Below are positions 58,941 to 64,000 of a stretch of DNA of 64,000 bases, in pieces. How positions within the stretch are numbered: the stretch's first letter is position 1; each line of letters begins with the position of its first letter. The translations under genes and the position numbers were made by a program. Location of the stretch: positions 33,357 to 97,356 of the forward strand of contig NZ_AVAF01000093.1 of the NCBI RefSeq assembly GCF_000445185.1, given 5' to 3'. This stretch comes from Thermoanaerobacter sp. A7A (GTDB lineage: Bacteria; Bacillota; Thermoanaerobacteria; Thermoanaerobacterales; Thermoanaerobacteraceae). Under the pieces are notes generated by a model. That model was given only the letters and a program-made list of their open reading frames with translations. It searched no databases and was not told the DNA's origin.

Positions 58941-59333
58941 CTATAAATTGATACCTATCATACCACCTAAAGCTCCTAAAATAGCTCCCCAAGCGTATTT
59001 TACTGCCCAAGAAGAAGTAGGCTCTAATTCTTTTACAAAAAATGCTCCCAAAATCAACATAACAGTTACATATAAAATACCAGCAATTCCTCCATTTAAC
59101 CATCCTTTGCTAGTAGTATGCCTTGCTGATAAAGCACCTGATAAAACTATGCCTGTTATAGTTATCAACAAAGTAAGGGTAGGTAAAGTTAGTTCAGATA
59201 CGGCTGTAAAAGTCAAAAGCAAAGCGTAAATTATGAAAAAACTAAGAGTGATAATGTATGCTATTAAAACCCCTGTAAAAATTCCAGTAATATTTATGCC
59301 AGTTCCCTTTTCCACACCAAACCTTCCTTTCAA
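58941..59333 (-). CDS. TIGR04086-family membrane protein
   Basis: Four TM segments, KGWLNG, GG..GIN; conserved position between yajC and scfA. Confidence 0.8.
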   Translation of the reverse strand: MKGRFGVEKGTGINITGIFTGVLIAYIITLSFFIIYALLLTFTAVSELTLPTLTLLITITGIVLSGALSARHTTSKGWLNGGIAGILYVTVMLILGAFFVKELEPTSSWAVKYAWGAILGALGGMIGINL

Positions 59334-59397
59334 AGTCTCACCCCCACAGTTTTCTTACTAATATGTATGCTTTTTATCTTAAACATAGTACATAAAA

Positions 59398-59419
59398 AAG
59401 ATGCGGCAAACCGCATCTT
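59398..59419 (-). terminator. Terminator after yajC
   Basis: AAGATGCGG-TTTG-CCGCATCTT-TTTT. Confidence 0.82.
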
Positions 59420-59420
59420 A

Positions 59421-60856
<1,436 letters not shown>

Positions 60857-60865
60857 CTATTCTGC

Positions 60866-61891
60866 TCAAATTATAAGCATTGCATCTCCAAAGCTAAAAA
60901 ATCTATATTTCTTTTCAACGGCTATTTTATAAGCCCTCATTATGTTTTCCTTACCAGCAAAAGCTGACACCATCATAATTAGAGTAGACTCAGGTAAGTG
61001 AAAATTTGTTATCATGCCGTCAATAGCTTTAAATTTGTAACCAGGATATATAAAAATATCAGTCCAACCACTTTTTTCTTTTATATAACCATCTTCATCA
61101 GCAACTGTTTCAAGAGTTCGAGTAGAAGTCGTACCGACTGCTATGATTCTTCCTCCACTTTTCCTAGTCTCATTTATTTTCTCAGCTGCTTCTTTTGTAA
61201 CAATGTAAAATTCTTCATGCATTTTATGATTTTCAATTACTTCTTCCTTTACAGGTCTAAAAGTACCTAACCCTACGTGAAGAGTAATAAAAACAGTTTT
61301 TACTCCCATTTGCCTTATTTTTTCTAATAACTCTTCTGTGAAATGAAGCCCTGCAGTAGGAGCAGCTGCAGAACCTTCATATTTTGCATAGACAGTTTGA
61401 TATCTATCTTTGTCTTTTAGTTTCTTTTTGATATAAGGTGGCACAGGCATTTCTCCTAATTTATCTAATACTTCTTCAAATAAACCTTCATAATAAAATC
61501 TTACTACTCTTCCTCCAACTTCTGTATTGTCCAAAATTTCTGCAACCAATTCTCCATTTCCAAAAACAACTCTTGTCCCTACTTTAGCTCTTCTGCCAGG
61601 CTTTACCAACGTTTCCCACTCATTTACTGATAATCTTTTCAAAAGAACAAATTCTATCTTTCCTCCTGAGTCTTGTCTTCGTCCTATAAGGCGCGCAGGA
61701 ATAACTTTTGTATCATTTAAAACAAGACAATCTCCCGCTTTTAAATATTTTGTTATATTTTTAAAAATATCGTGTTGAATCTCACCAGTTTTTCTATTTA
61801 AAACCATTAAACGAGAACTAGACCTATCTTCTAAAGGTTCTTGTGCAATTAATTCTTCTGGTAATTCAAAGTAAAACTCGCTGCGTTTCAT
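60866..61891 (-). CDS. queA: SAM:tRNA ribosyltransferase-isomerase
   Basis: [43 protein letters not shown]. Confidence 0.98.
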   Translation of the reverse strand: MKRSEFYFELPEELIAQEPLEDRSSSRLMVLNRKTGEIQHDIFKNITKYLKAGDCLVLNDTKVIPARLIGRRQDSGGKIEFVLLKRLSVNEWETLVKPGRRAKVGTRVVFGNGELVAEILDNTEVGGRVVRFYYEGLFEEVLDKLGEMPVPPYIKKKLKDKDRYQTVYAKYEGSAAAPTAGLHFTEELLEKIRQMGVKTVFITLHVGLGTFRPVKEEVIENHKMHEEFYIVTKEAAEKINETRKSGGRIIAVGTTSTRTLETVADEDGYIKEKSGWTDIFIYPGYKFKAIDGMITNFHLPESTLIMMVSAFAGKENIMRAYKIAVEKKYRFFSFGDAMLII

Positions 61892-61908
61892 TTTTTTGCG
61901 CCATCCTT

Positions 61909-63510
61909 TTACAGAGTTTTATTGTTTATAGTATCGTATACCTCAATACCTTTGTAATAGTATTTTAAAATATAAATGTAATTATACCCATGGTCCGCCA
62001 GTCCTCTTGCCCCATACTGGCTTAAACCAACCCCATGTCCATAACCACTGCCATTTATAGTATAAACTTCGCTGGGCTTATCTGTCTTTTTCAATTCTTT
62101 TACTCCATTTGCCCCTATAACATAAAAGGTATCTTTAGAAACCTTCGTTATACCTGTACTATTTTGAATATTTATCTCTTTTAAAGAAACTTTTTGCGAA
62201 TCACTGTAAGAAGAAGTCACGTACACTTCAAATTCACTGCTGCCATCGCCCTTTATATCAATCATAGTGCTTTTTATTTTTAGTCCAAAAAAAGATCGTA
62301 TATCTCCTTTTTTCAATGCGAAAGTCCCTTTTGTACCATAAATAGTGACAGTAATCGCTCTTCCAGTCCAGCTTTTCTCAGTAACCTTTACATCTACTAT
62401 ATCTCCTATATACTGCCCTTTACTTAAGAGCATGTTTTTTATCTGGTCTTTTGTGTAAGTCACTGTCCAACTGTCATTAGCACTGCTATAGCCAAAAACA
62501 TATTTATCTTCCACACCTTTTAAATAAGGAACATCCGCAGAAAAATAATTATTATTGTCTTCAGTATACCCTCCGCTGTGAGAATGATAAAGAGCATCTA
62601 TAAGACTTCCTTGATATATAGCGACCACACCTTTTGTTTCATCTACCGCTTTGCTTGTAGAAGGATATTCTCCATCATATCCTTTGTAAACTTGTGTTTT
62701 ATCATCATCTGTCAAATCAAATCCATATCTTCCGTATCTGCCTATGTTTTTAGCTGCATAAGTTCGTGCTGCAACTGCCTGTGCTTTTAAAGCTTCTATA
62801 TTCCACGATGCCGGCATCTCACCCGGCACAACACCATATAAATATTCCTCCAAGGGCACAACATTTATAGCAGTCATGTCACTGTCCTGTTGCCTTCTAA
62901 ACTCAAACATGCCTCTGTAACGCTTTGATTCTATCGCAAGGGGTGTGCTATCAGAATTAAGTTTGCTTACATATAAATCAGCCTTCATATTAAACAAAAA
63001 CAGGTTTTTTGTACCATTGCTTATTAAAATATTTTTATCCGGCAACACTTTGGCTATATTGCTATAATCTTTTGAAAAAATCTCATAAGCAGATTCCAAA
63101 TCCGGCAATGTCAAATACGGTCCTATGTATATATGATATTTACCATCAAATCCTATAAAAGCATTGGCAATTTGGCTTGCCACTTTAGCATAATCAGCAT
63201 TCACAGTGTACAAATTATCATAGCTTCCCACCATTAAATAAAAATTATCATCTTTTACAACTTTTATATTTTGTGAATTAGTGCTAAAAATATTAACCAA
63301 ATTTCCTGCATTGTCTTCATAGGCGAAATTAAAACCCCCAGAAGAAGAAAGCTGGTAAGAGGGTTTTGCAGTCTGTCCATAAAAAAGCCCTACTTTTATA
63401 ACCTTCGGAATGCTAATATCAGCATTCGCGGTAGGGTAAGGTGAGAGAGTTAAAATCATGACACTAATTATACTCCCTATTATAAATTTTTTCAACCTCA
63501 CAAAATACAA
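61909..63510 (-). CDS. SpoIID/LytB-domain exported lytic transglycosylase-like protein
   Basis: Signal peptide; [37 protein letters not shown]. Confidence 0.9.
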   Translation of the reverse strand: MYFVRLKKFIIGSIISVMILTLSPYPTANADISIPKVIKVGLFYGQTAKPSYQLSSSGGFNFAYEDNAGNLVNIFSTNSQNIKVVKDDNFYLMVGSYDNLYTVNADYAKVASQIANAFIGFDGKYHIYIGPYLTLPDLESAYEIFSKDYSNIAKVLPDKNILISNGTKNLFLFNMKADLYVSKLNSDSTPLAIESKRYRGMFEFRRQQDSDMTAINVVPLEEYLYGVVPGEMPASWNIEALKAQAVAARTYAAKNIGRYGRYGFDLTDDDKTQVYKGYDGEYPSTSKAVDETKGVVAIYQGSLIDALYHSHSGGYTEDNNNYFSADVPYLKGVEDKYVFGYSSANDSWTVTYTKDQIKNMLLSKGQYIGDIVDVKVTEKSWTGRAITVTIYGTKGTFALKKGDIRSFFGLKIKSTMIDIKGDGSSEFEVYVTSSYSDSQKVSLKEINIQNSTGITKVSKDTFYVIGANGVKELKKTDKPSEVYTINGSGYGHGVGLSQYGARGLADHGYNYIYILKYYYKGIEVYDTINNKTL

Positions 63511-63524
63511 CCCCTTTTCATACG

Positions 63525-63737
63525 TTATCTTCTAAAAAGCCAAAAAATTAATGTAAAAACCAGGCTCAATAAAAGGCTTGTCATAATAGGAAAATAAAAA
63601 GTGAAATTTCCTTTTTGATAAACTATATCTCCTGGCAAACGTCCTAAACCAATTTTTGAACCTACAGAAAAAAGCACCCCTATTAAAATTAATATAGCTC
63701 CCATAAATATCAACATTTTACCAAAACTATCAAACAC
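63525..63737 (-). CDS. DUF2905 small membrane protein
   Basis: LGRLPGDI...[10 protein letters not shown]. Confidence 0.9.
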   Translation of the reverse strand: MFDSFGKMLIFMGAILILIGVLFSVGSKIGLGRLPGDIVYQKGNFTFYFPIMTSLLLSLVFTLIFWLFRR

Positions 63738-64000
63738 CTTCTATCCTCCCCTGTTCTATATAAGGATATTTAAGGTAATCATAAGCTAATTTTGTAACAA
63801 CTCTTCCTCGCGGAGTCCTGTTTAAAAAACCTATTTGCAAAAGATAAGGTTCATAAACATCCTCTATTGTATCCCCATCTTCTCCTATTGATGCAGCAAT
63901 AGCATCGATTCCTACAGGACCACCGCCAAACTTTTCTATAATAGAAACCAAAATCTTTCTATCAATGTATTCTAATCCCATCTCATCTACACCTAATACG
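63730..64000 (-). CDS. ruvB: Holliday junction helicase RuvB, 3' part
   Basis: [23 protein letters not shown]...RTPRGR. Confidence 0.96.
   Translation of the reverse strand, partial: VLGVDEMGLEYIDRKILVSIIEKFGGGPVGIDAIAASIGEDGDTIEDVYEPYLLQIGFLNRTPRGRVVTKLAYDYLKYPYIEQGRIEGV

Noticed and set aside
58912-59103. 63-aa minus-strand ORF overlapping the TIGR04086 gene
   Set aside because: Alternative frame of a better-supported membrane protein gene

Overview
Low-GC (AT-rich) core-chromosome segment of a spore-forming clostridial bacterium. Gene order and content strongly resemble Thermoanaerobacter; this is inference, no search was run. Essentially every gene is on the minus strand. In transcription order (right to left): ruvB (partial), DUF2905, SpoIID-like, queA-tgt-yajC, a TIGR04086 membrane protein, the SCIFF ranthipeptide pair scfA/scfB, a gamma-CA-like protein, secDF, an AarF kinase, recJ-apt-relA-dtd-MBL hydrolase, a T-box before hisS-aspS, 6S RNA, tcdA, a CsoR-family repressor, a tandem thioredoxin, the B12-dependent ornithine degradation operon, iscR-like/mnmA, alaS-ireB-yqgF, fur, rnj, mltG-trmR-trhP, a PBP, sigK, yqeG-aroE, a c-di-GMP-II riboswitch before a type IV pilus cluster that contains comFB, then aroK, an endonuclease IV-like gene, proBA, aroQ, pepP and efp (partial). 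No rRNA, tRNA, CRISPR array, transposase or prophage was seen. Missed by the ORF track: scfA, a 53-aa ORF, the efp start, a VOC pseudogene, 6S RNA, the riboswitch and the T-box. The most notable signals are (1) three apparent c-di-GMP inputs on one pilus operon (riboswitch, MshEN-like PilB, ComFB) plus a likely pilO nonsense codon; (2) an alaS leader that keeps only the 3' end of a T-box; (3) a His-less CsoR next to a recently duplicated two-domain thioredoxin; (4) an Asp-type T-box in front of hisS; and (5) an SD-sequestering hairpin on the PBP gene next to sigK. All regulatory calls come from reading the sequence by eye.
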